Shown here: positions 1 through 12,431 of the stretch, one piece after another
Layout: each line of letters opens with the position of its first letter
Numbering within the stretch: position 1 is the first letter of the stretch
From: Rhynchopus sp. YZ270_cl-10
Taxonomy: Eukaryota
Assembly (NCBI GenBank): GCA_964035575.1
Contig: OZ037833.1
Coordinates: 1,736,001 to 1,800,000, forward strand
Reading direction: 5' to 3'
Length of the DNA stretch: 64,000 nt
Translations under genes and position numbers: made by a program
Notes under the pieces: generated by a model
Database searches by the model: none
Told to the model about the DNA's origin: nothing
The model's input: the letters and a program-made list of their open reading frames with translations, nothing else

Positions 1-652
1 CAACTCTTACGTATTTGCGCAGGAAAACAAATCAACAAACAAAATGGGGGGGAAATAATAGCAGTCTAATCAGCCCACGAAATGAAACACACACAAAAAA
101 AAATAATAAAAACGGGGTTTACCTGGGCTCAAGAAAGGGTGTTACGTTATAGACCCTGTTGCACCCGTTTTTCATCTCATAAATGAAAAGAAGAAGGGAA
201 AAAAAAAAACGAGAAAGTTGTTAATACCCCCGACACCAGTGGATGCAGGCGCTATGAAAAAAAATGGAAAAACTGGTTCTAGACCCGGGTGGTATTTTGC
301 GGTTGGTGTCCTAAGAAAGAGTGGGGCGGAGCGAGAGAAGTGCCCCACATTCTAGGAGTACCGTTACAACAAGACATAGTTGCAGATATGTTCTCTTTTT
401 TTGCTTTTTTGCTTTTTTTGTTGTTTTTTGCCGCCTGTCTCATAGTTGTCTTCCCTCTGCCGAGCATTTTTTGCTAGCTTTGCACTCAAGGCTTCAGATA
501 TTCAGACAACAGCCAAACTTTTTACATTACGAGGAGAAAAAAATGCCCCATGAAAAATTCTACAAGGTTAGATAGATCACCCACCCCTTCCCCCTTTTTT
601 ATGTCCTCAACACATTCCCACCCCTGTCCACTTTTCTTTTTCACTTTTTACT

Positions 653-1812
653 TCAGAGGAGACCGCACTGCCCTTTGATGAGCGTCTCGTAGCCTTGGAT
701 GGCTTCGTTGTCCTTCTTGACAATGGCGTCTATGAGAACGGGCATTTCCCTGTTGACATCGAGAGAGTCTGCAAGGAAGAGGAGCAGAGGGAAGTCTGCC
801 ATCTGCTCTGTGAAGGGGCGTGCACGGCGCTTTGCATCCTGCAGGAAGATCTTGACGTTGTTCCATGTTGGTGGTGCGTCGCCAGGCCGTGTCGGGCGGA
901 TGAATCTGTTCCCAATTCTGTCCGACGTAAAGCCCCCGATCGGGACCGGCACCGTAAACCACACAGTGTCCACATCATAGGTGCTCTCCTTCGACACTAA
1001 GGTCTTTCCTGCGCCAGGCTTGCCCTCTTTCTGTTGTGAAAAAAAAAATTGAAAATTTTGAATCCGCGTTCACATACCTCCTGCACTGCCTCCAGCTCAC
1101 GCTCGGAGTGGACAAACTTTGGTGTTGCGCCTTCAGAGAGGGTACCTTCTCTGAAGATGTCGACGCATTGCTTGGAGACTTGGTAGCCTTCGACGTTGAT
1201 GCTTTGCTGGTCCTGCCCGATGCGCACTTGCACAAGGCAGCAGTGGTGGCCGTACTTCGCTTGCTGCTCCGCACAGAGGAGCACCTCCTGCGCTGTAAGC
1301 ACGGGGTCCTCCGGGGACGCGTACGGTGCCGAAACCATAAGCCCCACACGCTGCAGGCCAAGAAGCTTTGCTACCTTGTCAGCCTTCTCTATCCGCGAAT
1401 CGGGAAGAAGCTTTAAATGGTCCGGCTTGCACTCCTGTTCCGGTTCATAGCAGGTATGAACGTGAGAGACACCATCCTTCACAGTTCCGTAGAGAATGGC
1501 TGCCCGCAAAAACGAAAAGTTTCTTGTCCGCAGAAACGACTGAAACATATCAGCAGTGTCGCTGTCTACCTCTACCTTGGTGACGGTGTCGCTCTTCTTC
1601 TGTCGCATGATGCGCTGGTATTTGTTGACAATCTCCTCGTACTCCTTCATCTGAATCTGCTTTGGAGGGTCGGAGAAGTACTTCCCGCCGATGACCTTTC
1701 CCTTTTTTTCTTTTGGCGCTGCGGGGGCGGTGCCTTCAGCTTTCTGCCGCGCATTACGCTCGGCATGCTGCCTTCTAATCTCTGCAAGCTGCTCCTGCAT
1801 ACTGGGTTGCAT
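653..1812 (-). CDS. NPL4: NPL4-family protein (MPN-like/NPL4 domain), 2 exons, ~370 aa
   Basis: Exons 1812-1078 and 1030-653. The 47-nt GTATGT..CAG intron 1077-1031 joins two ORFs in frame (ELEAVQE|KEGKPGAGKTLVSKESTYDVDTVWF). Motifs RAAILYG, YEPEQE, VAKLLGLQRVG, EGYQVSKQC and DFPLLLFL match my recollection of NPL4. No N-terminal UBL domain seen. Confidence 0.8.
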
Positions 1813-3678
1813 TGCAATAGGGTATTTGTTGCGTCTGAATCTGACAGTTGATAGGTGGAAGGGAGAGGGGAGAGGGGAGAGGAGGGAAAATGGTGTTCTT
1901 TTTTTTTTGGAAAGTTGCCCGAAAACGTATCGGCAAAATAAAAAACAAAATCTGACGCATTCTGCAATAGTGGAATATAAAGAAGAAACCAGATGAAGGA
2001 GATGCCCTTGTTGTGCATCTGAAGGGTGGGGGGGGGGAACCTTAAAGGGGGGGTGAGCTGTGTTTTTATTTTGTTCTCGGGAGAGAAAGAAGGTACCTTC
2101 GCGTGGTATAACCCTCGCGGTGGTGAACGTCACTGATTGTTTGTTAAGTTGCGGTATTCCTCCAAAAGCACAACTGGGGGGGGAGGGGAGGGCAGAACCA
2201 CTCCAAAAGAAAAAAGAGGAAAAAAAGGGGGGAAAATTGATAACGTGCAACGACATCTTTGCTTCTTTATCGTGTGATGGTGCACACATTTTCTTTGGTT
2301 ATTGACATTTCTTTTTGAATTTTTCAACCTCGCAAATCGTATATTCTGATTTTCGTACGTGTTGCCTGATCTATCTCCAAAATAAAATAAAAAAAAATAA
2401 AAATATGACTTGAAAAATACAAAACCCTTGCAGAGTCACCAACAAACGACAAAAGAACAGCTGGGAAAGCTGTGAACCTAAGCCTGAGTGGGCGGGCTTG
2501 GTCACCTTTTAAAAAACTCCCCCTTGCCCACACGCAACTGCCACCCAATGCCATTGAGGAAAAGCGGTCGTGACTGTTTGGGTTCAAACCCGTGACAATG
2601 CGCCAAAAAAAAGGTCTTTTTTTTGTTTTGATAAATTGTTAGAAATAGTGTAGTTGCCTGTACAAAAGCTCTTGGGTTGAACAGATGATCCTACGTGCTT
2701 AGTCACCTTGAAAACCAAAAAAAGGGATGATGTGTGCTATTGCAAACCCGACAAATGCTGTTGTACAAGAAAAAATGAAAAACAAAATCCGTAAAGCGAA
2801 GGTGGGAGAGGGGGAGAGAGAGAGGAGCGAAATAGCTTCTGCGGATGCAGGCACCTGTTTATTTTTGTTCTTTCTTTTTTTCTTCTTTTCTGTTGTGACA
2901 ATCACCCAATGAGATAGCATATGTACTCATATATTACTACTGTTCGGTAAGGTCATGTCTTTTTACAATTTGATTTAAAAAAAATGGAAAAGAAGAGCAA
3001 AGCTGACAGGACATCGTACGACCCCTTAACCGAGGGCACTTTGATGCAGAACGCGTTGCAAAATATAAAAAAGGAACAGATTTCTGACCAGTGTAGGATT
3101 TACCCTTTCTGACAAAAGTAAAGAAACTTAAGATGGCTTGAGAAGCATTGGAGAACTCACTCCGACACTCGGTTGGGCTGCTCTATGAAGGACGACCCAA
3201 AAAAAGCCCCTTTTTTTCAGTCATAATTTTCTTAAATATACAGATGAAGAATGGAACGGACAGACGGAGACTGACAGACTGGTTTTTTTTTTAAATTCTC
3301 CCGTTGTAAATCCATGATAGGATTATCTCCAACGACAAACGAAAAAACGGAACAAAAAAAAAAAGGATTTTTTTTTGTAAGATGCAACTTAAGCCGCACA
3401 GTGCCTAGTCACCTTTTTAAAATGGGGTGAAGTTTTGTTGAAATGTGGCAAAAACGCTTCTCCGGCTGCGAGCGAAAAAGCACATTCAGGATTAGCAGGA
3501 CTATAAACTGGGGTCCTACCACTAGGGTGAAGGGAAGAGGGGAAGAATCACTTTACTGAGTGCAGACAACTCCACGAAACTCAGCAAAACAGAAGAATCA
3601 TATTTTTTTTTTTGCGCATTTTTTTTTTTTAGATAAAATCCTCAACTGTGTTCACTCTTTCTTGTATTTGTGTTGTGT

Positions 3679-4773
3679 CAGGCTTTTTTCTAAATCGGGT
3701 CCAAAATTTCCCAAAAACCGAAAATCAATAGTAAAAAAAGTGCGCAACATACCTGTGCATTTTCCCCCAAAAAAAGTGCGTTCCCCCCCCCCTGAAAGTG
3801 CGTTTTGTCGCATTTCCGAGCCGATCCCGGCATGTGGTGGGGTCATTTTGGAAAAATGGACATTTTTTTGAGTAGTTGAATTTAGGGTGACGGTCTCGAA
3901 AACACTTCGCCGGTTCGTGTGCACGTGAAGCATGCTACGGGTTTAACGCCATCGCGTGTACGCAACACCTGCGCCGCTGTGACACTTCGCTGGTTCGTGT
4001 GGTTATGATAACGAAACGGTCTACACATGCGTTGCACACAACGGTCTTCGTATACGATACACACAACGCTCTGTATAAGCGATACACGCGTTAACGGCAA
4101 CGTGTGGTTACCAAGCGCTGCCCACCTTCGGTGGGCAGCGACAACGGCGTCCTAGCGCCGCGGAAACACTCTTGCAGGCTCGTGTGGTTGATAACGGAAC
4201 GGTCTACACATGCGTTGCACACAACGGTCTTCGTATACGATACACACAACGCTATGTATATGCGATACACGCGTTAACCGTAACGTGTGGTTACCAAACG
4301 CAGCCCACCATCGGTGGGCTGCTGCAACTCGTACCGTGTGTGGCCCATGCATGGTTCTCACAGCTCGCTGGCACGTTTCCCAAGCCGGAAACCCGGTTAC
4401 CTGCCTGAAGAACCGAGTTTTTGGCCAAAACGCCTGTTTTGCCTGTAGAACCCTTAAGATACACGTGTTTTGCTAAGGCAAAAAGGGGTACTCGCGACAC
4501 CCTGGAATCAGGGTCTGCCAGGGGTCCCAGCTTGCAGGCGGAGGAAAAATAGAACTGTGTTATTTTTTTCTTCAAAAATGTTGTTTTTGGACAGTTTGAG
4601 GACATGACGACCACCATTTTTTTTTTCTCGGTCACTTTATCCCTAAGAAACCCACCTACCTTCTACCGAGTAAAAAAAGTGCGCTGGGTGGGACCTTATA
4701 GCCGGGAAATAAAGTGCGCACATTTTATTTTTTCAAAACCCCAATATCAATACCTGATTTAGAAAAAAGCCTG
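3679..4773. mobile_element. Non-autonomous hAT-like TIR element (MITE 1)
   Basis: 22-bp TIR CAGGCTTTTTTCTAAATC(G/A)GGT at both ends. Perfect 8-bp TSD TGTTGTGT at 3671-3678 and 4774-4781. No transposase ORF. Confidence 0.9.
3982..4328 (+). repeat. Two ~183-bp tandem units, each ending in a GC-rich hairpin (Helitron 3'-end-like), inside MITE 1
   Basis: CTACACATGCGTTGCACACAACGGTCTTCGTATACGATACACACAACGCT occurs at 4021 and 4204. Hairpins at 4116-4140 and 4300-4322. Confidence 0.85.
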
Positions 4774-5091
4774 TGTTGTGTGTGTGTTTTTTTTTTTTTT
4801 TTTTTGTTTTTTTGACAACCCCAAACCGCCCTAGCCAACAATCGTTTTCAGTAGTGTCTCTCTCATATTGAGAGTGCTGAAATAAATGCGGGGAAAAAAG
4901 AAAGGTTTTGGTGAGATAAACCAAAGCCTCTCGATGCTAAGTCACCTTAGCGTGGTATGCGGATGGCAAGCTGTTACCTAATTACATAAAAAAGGGGGTT
5001 AACTTCTCCAACGTCCAACTTTGCATTCTCGTTAATACCCACTTTTTGAAAAAATGGGTAGAGAATGGGCATTGGGGTGGGTAGAGAAAAC

Positions 5092-5734
5092 CAGAGGTTT
5101 TTTTACGGGGGGGTGGGGGGGGGGGTTTCACCCCCCCCCCCCCACGATTTTTTTTCCGGCTTTTGGGGGGGTGAAAATAAAAATTTTTTTTGGAAAATAA
5201 AAAAAAAATCTTGATGGTGTTCTCTTACTCTCCCCCCGATACCTTTCTCGCGCCCCAAGAACCATCTAAGGGAGTTAGAGGGTGGGCGTGTTTTCCTAGA
5301 ATTTGACGGACGGAGCTCGTAGAACCCAACGAGGAATGAGAAAAAAGGATAGGGCGAAATCATAAAAGTAGCGTACCGTGCGCCTGCGGCGCAAGCTTAC
5401 TGTAAATTGTATGAGATGGTACTGGGTACTTAACTCAAAAAAGTGGACGGCATCTAAAAATTTCCGCCTGCGGCGCGGCAGCCCTGACCCAGTTTCCCCC
5501 TTTTCTTGTTCAGTCGGCAGGATCACTTGGCCCTTACACTGATGTTGACCAAAAGCCAAGAACTCGTCCATTTCGTCAAATTGACCCCACCACAGCGCGG
5601 ACGGATTCCAAAAATCCCCCACGAACCAGCTTCTCCAGGGGCTTCGCGCGCGAAGCGCGCGAAAAATTTTGCAACCCGAAAAACACCTCACCCCCCCCTA
5701 AGGTCAAAAAAACCGGTCCCAAAAAAAACCTCTG
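5092..5734. mobile_element. Non-autonomous hAT-like TIR element (MITE 2)
   Basis: TIR CAGAGGTTTTTTT / AAAAAAACCTCTG. Perfect 8-bp TSD GAGAAAAC at 5084-5091 and 5735-5742. Confidence 0.85.
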
Positions 5735-7743
5735 GAGAAAACCCCTAAAAAAAAAATAAAAAACCTGCTTTTGCCATCTGACAAGATGGCACAGAGATTT
5801 AGTTCTGTGGGGGGGTGGGGAGGTTCGGTGGAAATGGGTGTCTTCGTTAATGAGAACTCCCCAGAGGGGGGAAAAAAGAAAGCTTGAAAGATGAAGGCAC
5901 CTCTCGTGCACGCACATCTTAAAAATAAAAATAAAAATGGAAATGAAAAAGCTGCTGAGAGTGCAAAAAACCCCCCACACTACACAGCGGTCAAGACCCC
6001 CTACTCTTTCCGACGTAACATTACCTTATACAATTACCCCTTACTCTGAGAATTCAACCCTGATTATTCACAAAAAAAAATAAAATAAAAGTGTAAAGAT
6101 GAACCTAAGTCTCGCAGTGCATAGGTTACACCTAACACAAACCCCAAAGAAATAGTGATGAATGGGCCCCACCGGGCACACACAAGCACCCTACCCGTCA
6201 AAAAACCAGTCCCAGTTAGATGACTGTGTTTCCTCTGCACAATAAAGAAGGAGGGGAGTGGGGGGGGATTCATAAAATGAACCTACACCTACACAACGGT
6301 GAAAGTAAAACCACGAGTCAAAAGTCAAGTCATTTACTTCATCGTCGTGAACCTAGCTTCTCGAGTTTCGTTGCATAAAAAAAAAAATTGTTTTGACTAG
6401 AAATACAAAGTCCTCTGGCAATGTACCTTGCAGTTCTAGGTCCACTTCGTGATTTACATCTGGATAAAAAGGAGAAAAAAATGCGCAAATCCGTCAAGGT
6501 GGCAGTACAATCTAGTTTTAACCCGCATCCCAATGATATATATTTTCTGCTGCAAAAACTGTCGGAACAGCGGTTCGGCTTCCCCCATGTTTCTTTGTTT
6601 CATTTCTGAGGTGATACCCACTTTCCTTTGTGGCTGTTTTGCAGTTGATTTTTACCCTTCCCCTTTCCCCATAGCTTACCACATTTGACCACCCAAAGTC
6701 CTCTAACCATGCGAAGAAAGAAATGGAGCAAGCTGTGACATCAGCGCTTCCATCGTTCTGAGCTTGGCATTTTTTAATTTGCTCGCTACGATGTATCCGT
6801 TTTTTGAACTAACGTGACGTCACCACAGCGAGGACCTGGGTCGGGACAAAACCATCTATGCCTAGGGGGGGGAGGGTGGGGCTTTCTAATCTCAACTAGC
6901 GATGTGCATTACTTTCTTGAATCCTCAGAACAGTTCCCCGTACACTGAATTTTTTCAGCAACAAGTGTTGTTCGTTGGATTTTCAGATTTTTTTTTTTTG
7001 AAAAATATGTATTTTTTGGTCGAAGAAGAGGCACAAGAGCACTTCAAAAAGTGAAGTTGTGTGGTGAAAAAAAATGATGACCCAACCACACACCAAAGCT
7101 CTCGTTTTATCAACACAAAAAAAAAAGGAGAAAAATATGGCAGATGAACCAACGTGATGAGCAACCTTTAAAAAAACACCCATCCAGACTGTACATGCAT
7201 TGCACATTTCACTTTTCATTTTTTCATATTTTTTTTGGTGTTTTGTTTAGAAACCCTCTGAACTAAGTAACCCCTAGGGTGGGGAGGGGCAAAGATACCT
7301 CGCTATCTCTTGAAGGGGTTGACGGGAGGCTGATCATGCGCAAAGAAAAGGGTGTGAGAAGCACTGGGGAGGGAAAACGGGAGTTAAAAGTGCAAATGCC
7401 GCTGTGGACACAGACACCGTTTCTCCGTTGGGTTGTCGAACCGCAGAGGTGACCACTACATGATACACAATAAAAAAACAAAAACGAAAGCTTGGTAAGA
7501 CGATCATAAGCCTCGTACTTAAGTCACCTTGCAAACTTTTCGTTGCCTTAAAAAGAAAATTGGGAAGATGACTGCGTCTCTCGCGCACACACATCTATAA
7601 AAATAAAGTTAGCTTGGGGGACAAAAAGAGACGCTGAAACAGTGCAAAAAACCTACGGACGCTGGTTCTCCGCGGGTTATCGAACCCCAGAGAGCGCTTC
7701 ATTGGCATATACACGACTAATACAGAACGGATCGACACTACTT

Positions 7744-10700
7744 TCACAACGGACATAGAAGCCTCCGATCGTCGCCTTCGAACTCAGACTCGGTATCGGA
7801 ATTGTCCACGTTAACTTGAATGCTCGACAGCTGATTTAAAGTGTGGGGTTGGCAGATCAACACTCAACTCAAAAGAGACATACCTGACCTGCGTTTTCTA
7901 AGCCATCCAGGTCTGCGAAGGAACCACTCCTTTCACGCGCTCGCCTGAACGACGCGCATGCTTGGCGAATCACCTGTTTGTTTTTATATTTTTTCAAAAA
8001 ATTCTGCATCAAAACTTTGTTAAGTGGCCCCTGAAACTGTTGGAATAGTGCAGCCAAGCTCTTCATTTTTTACCCCACCTCCGCAAACAAAAAGCACACC
8101 TTCTGCGGACTGCTTGCACTGTTGTACTGCACGTGCCCAGAGGAGTTTCTTCTGTGCCCTGCGGGGACACGACCTTCATAGTGAAAGGCACCCTTTTCTG
8201 ACGGGGGGTGGAGGTCCATGACGTAGAAGGCCTGCATGAAGTCTGAGTAGGTGACTATGGAGTCGCCGTCGTAGTCGAGGTACATGAGCATGGACTGGAG
8301 CTGGTTGTTTGAGAGTGGCCAGACGCTGAGGGTAGCCTTGTTGCGCTTTGTGTCGTCGTGCGTGGTCAGACGTGAGCGTACATGATCCGCAGTCTCCCCA
8401 TACAACACCGCCACGGCAGCTATCTCAGCACGCTCTGCCGCACTGCCGGGCTCACTCTCAAAGTGATGCGTCACACGGCGTGAAGGAGACTGCAGTGGCG
8501 TCAAGTTAAGACGTTTAATCGCCGCCCGCAAGTCCTCCGTCCCAAGAATCCCATCATCATCGGTGTCAAAGATCCGAAACGCAACCAGCGGTGTGCTGCA
8601 CCGCCGCACCAAGTCTTTCAAACGCTGGCACAGCCAGTGGTCCCACATATGAAATGTGTTCTCATACTCCACCCACTCCCCAGGGCCGTCCTCAGCATCC
8701 TCCTCCACAATGTCGACGTGGATACCAAGGGTGGAGGACTTCGCAAAGACTTTGTTCCACCCATCGCGGCGAAGGTATCCCGGAATGCCGCCCTCCTTAT
8801 CCAGGTGGCAGAACAGCTGGAACACAACGTCGCTTGTGAGCTGAATCTGCAGGTCCGTCATCATCAGGGCAAAGAAGCGCGGGTAGTGCACCGTGTCGTG
8901 GTGTGCTGAGGCATGGTCGAACAGTGCGCCTGCATCGCCACCCCACTTCGCCTTCGACCTGTGCAGAGCCCACTGCGTCAGGTAAGGTGCCCACTTTCTG
9001 AAGAGACGGTCCTCTAGGGGGATTGAGTAGCGTTTCAGGAAGACGCAGAACGGGATCGACATTGTGGGGTAGGGTGCCCAGACGGCCTCGGCGAGGAAAG
9101 GGCGGAGGAAGGCCCAGGCCATGTCGCAGCCGGACACGTCGCGCATGATGCGGCACCAGTCGAGGCAGCCGATGGTGCCGGTCTGGCCGCGCCCTTCATC
9201 GAGTGCGGAGCATACGTTCATGAGGCGGTGCCGGTGGTTGTGCACGAAGTCGCGTATCATGCGCAGCACCTCCTGCACAACAGACGGCTCGGCCTCCTCC
9301 ACAGTGCCCGCCTCGAAGACCTCCTCCTCGGAGTACACCTTCCACGTATCAAACTCAATGAAGCATTGTGCACCCTGCACACTGTCCGGCGACACACCCT
9401 CCGCAACGTCCTCGTTCTTCAGGGCCACGACCGCAACAGCACCGTCGTTGCGCTGCACACCAGCATAGTACGACGCAGAGAAGATCGTCACCAACATAGA
9501 GTCGTGCGTCACCCCAAACCCGGTGTCCTGCGCCTCGTGCGAGCGGATGAGGAGACGCAGGTTGTTCCTGCGGAGAAACGCTTCTGTGTGGCTCTTGCGG
9601 AACCACACGCCGTTGCCGCGGTCGCTGTTGTGGACGTAGGGTGTTTCCTGCCCGGAGTGGCCGTAGAAGGGCTCCTCATCGATGGGGTCGCTCCAGGTCA
9701 TGTCCGCGATGATGCGCTTGTCTCTGAAGCCAAGGGAGTTTGCGGTTTCGCCCTTGGAGGGGATGGTCGGGATGTCACGCTTTCTGTTGATCAGGTTGAT
9801 GTCCGCGAGGGTCACCGGGTCGCGCGGGACGCCGCCGTGCACAACGAACACCTCGTTCTGGATGACCGTGCAGAGGGGGAGTGCCTTGAAGACCTTGATG
9901 AAGCGGTGGTAGTTCGAGTTGTACTTTGCGAGCGCCTCCTGGCGGAATTCGTAGTTCTCGCACATTGGCTCGTCCTCGTGGTTGCCTCTGTTGAGCATGA
10001 CATACTTCGGATACGCAAGGTGCAGTACAAGCAACAGCAGCACCACCTCACACCCCTTCGGGCCTCTGTCCACAAAGTCGCCATTGAACACATAATGACG
10101 CGACGGCGACGGCATATCAAACTCACGCAAAATACGCAGCAAATCCTCCAACTGTCCATGCAGGTCACCCACCACCACACACCGCGTACGCTCGCAGAGC
10201 GACAGGTGCTGGACGTTGTCCTTGCTCCGCAGGCTGGCCTCGGCGTCAATGAGAATCTTCTTTACGAGGTTCACAGGCACCTTTTCGCCGTGCTCGACAA
10301 CAAGGATGAAGGCCTTGAGGACGTCCTCTCTGTGGGAGTATTGTGAGAGCAGCGTGGGGGATGCGCCACGGTCGCGCGGCCAGATATCGAGGAGTGTCTT
10401 GACGAAGGAGTTGGGGACGTGCGCTGGCATAGACTGGGAGACCTCGAGACGGTCCATCTCTGAGCAGCAGGACATCGTGGTGCGGATGGTGGTCTGCGAC
10501 TCATGCGATGCGGTTTCAAACTCGGCGGGTTTCAGTGTGCCTGCAAGAAGGGGCGAGCCTGGCTCGGAGTGCGGATACACAGAGTGCGTGGGGGAGGGGG
10601 GTGCGGTGTCGTTGTTGTACCCACCACCGCGAGGCGACGGAGAACAGCACGTCCCACTGTCGAGGTTGCTTACCTTGGACACACTACGCCGCTTGCGTTC

Positions 10701-11219
10701 CTGCCAGAGGTCCAGCTGTTTGAACAGATGCAGAAACATCACCCCATACCACCTGCGGTACAACAGCAGATGTTTATACCAGCGCTGCAGCCGTACTGCC
10801 GCGTTTTCTTCTCTATCAGGGTACGCCGCGAGGGACTGTCGGTGGTCCTCACGCATCATGTTGACTGCGGCCTGCACGGTGAGGTCTTTCCCGCGGTACT
10901 TCACTTTGATGGCCTCTGGGCAGCAGCTGAGGAGGGAGGTGGAGGAGAGCGTGGTGGGGCAGGTGGGGCAGCGTTGTCCGTTGCGGGTAGAGTTGCGGCG
11001 ACCCTTCTTCTCAGAGGCCTCAGGGGACCACAGGCCAAAGTCATTGTAGAGGCCGAGCTTGTTGTCCACATTGTCGTTCGTGATCCGCAGGTTCGGGTTC
11101 TTCCCTCGAGGGGCAACTAGAGGATCCGATTTGTGGCTATGTGCGCGCCGTGGTGGCTCCACCCCCGGAGTCTCGCGTGCATGTCGCTGCGGCTGCGGCT
11201 TTCCCTCGCAACAACCCAT
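7744..11219 (-). CDS. PPEF: PPEF/RdgC (PP7-type) Ser/Thr phosphatase with IQ-like motif and EF hands, 3 exons
   Basis: PPP motifs GDLHGQ, GDFVDRG, RGNHE, IRSHE and TIFSASYY. IQ-like AAVRLQRWYK; EF hands DTDDDGILG and DYDGDSIVT; N-terminal MGCC acylation motif. Exons 11219-8100, 7973-7884 and 7830-7744 join in phase 0 across GT..AG introns. Confidence 0.85.
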
Positions 11220-12274
11220 CCCGCGCAAAAATTTGATATAATTTTACAATTTTTTTTTTATGTGTATATTCGAAAGGAGAGAGAAGGGAATGCACACAAA
11301 CTGAGATCTGCCTTTCCACCGTTTTCTGTGGGGAGGATGGTGTGACAATGAAGGGTTGGTAGAGGGGCTTATTGAGAGAAAAAAAAAAATGGGGAAAGAC
11401 AGCTTTTTTTGAAGTACTTTGACAAGGATTTGTAGTAAAACAATGTCATAATTTTGCCATTTTTTTTTTTTTTTTTTGTATATTTTTGTTTTGTGGTCAT
11501 GACATAATGCCAACAAAAAGTTCCAATAACGTTAAGGAAAGCCTGGGGACCCAGAGATAACGTCGCTAGACCACCACCCGTGTTTACTTTTTTACGGGTG
11601 GCAAAGTGTGTTGTTCAACACAAAAAGGAGGGGGGAACTGTATCCACCGAGAGATTGTATTAGATCCTACACTACGTGGGTTTGAAACAAAAAAAATAGG
11701 CATTTCAACACATGCATTCAATAAATTGAGGGCATAGGTATAGGGGATCAACAAAAAAAATGTTCCCAACTTTCTTTGTGGTATGTTTTGCAAAACGTAA
11801 AAAAAGGCGGTGGAAGAAAGAAAAGTTTTGTAAGGCGGACCTGAGCGTCTCCTGCTTGTCACCTAATAACGAGAAAAAGAGAAAAAAAAAATGTTTCATA
11901 TACTAACTATTCTACTGAATAGAAGGTATAATAGGGTGCACTAAATGTACCCAAACAAAAAATGAAGGAAAGGATCAGAGATGCGTAATGTAGTAGTCTG
12001 CACACAAATAATCAGCCAGGAGTGTGCAGTGGGGGGAAAAAGAGTAGTTGAAACGTGCTAAAATGCATATCAGTCGCGCTCATGCAAAGGGGTGGGACGT
12101 GAGTGGTCCGTACCGTTAAGAGAACGGAGGCGGTTCAGAACCGCTCGGAGAATCACGCGACCTCATTTGCCCCCAGCCTTTTTTACGGCCAAAAAAAAAA
12201 TAATATCTCTGTCGAATCTGTGATATGAGGTGGTGTCAGTTTTAATATTGCTTTTTTTTTTTTTGAAAATTTGG

Positions 12275-12431
12275 GATTAGTGTAAGACACCTGAGGATGA
12301 GCTCCACTATAACATTTTTTCCCCCACTCTTTCAGCATCTTGGTGGGAAACACATGCCCATTGTAGACCCCCTCGCATGTTTTGTCTTTTTTGAACAGAT
12401 TAGTGTTGACACCCGAGGATGAGCTCCACTA
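12275..12431. repeat. Pair of ~35-bp direct repeats
   Basis: GATTAGTGTAAGACACCTGAGGATGAGCTCCACTA (12275-12309) and GATTAGTGTTGACACCCGAGGATGAGCTCCACTA (12398-12431). Confidence 0.85.

Noticed and set aside
1813..2289. N-terminal ORF extensions from non-ATG starts (NPL4, AMACR, phosphatase, MOK, START)
   Set aside because: They translate polypyrimidine/UTR sequence, and ATG starts fit the domain boundaries in a eukaryote.
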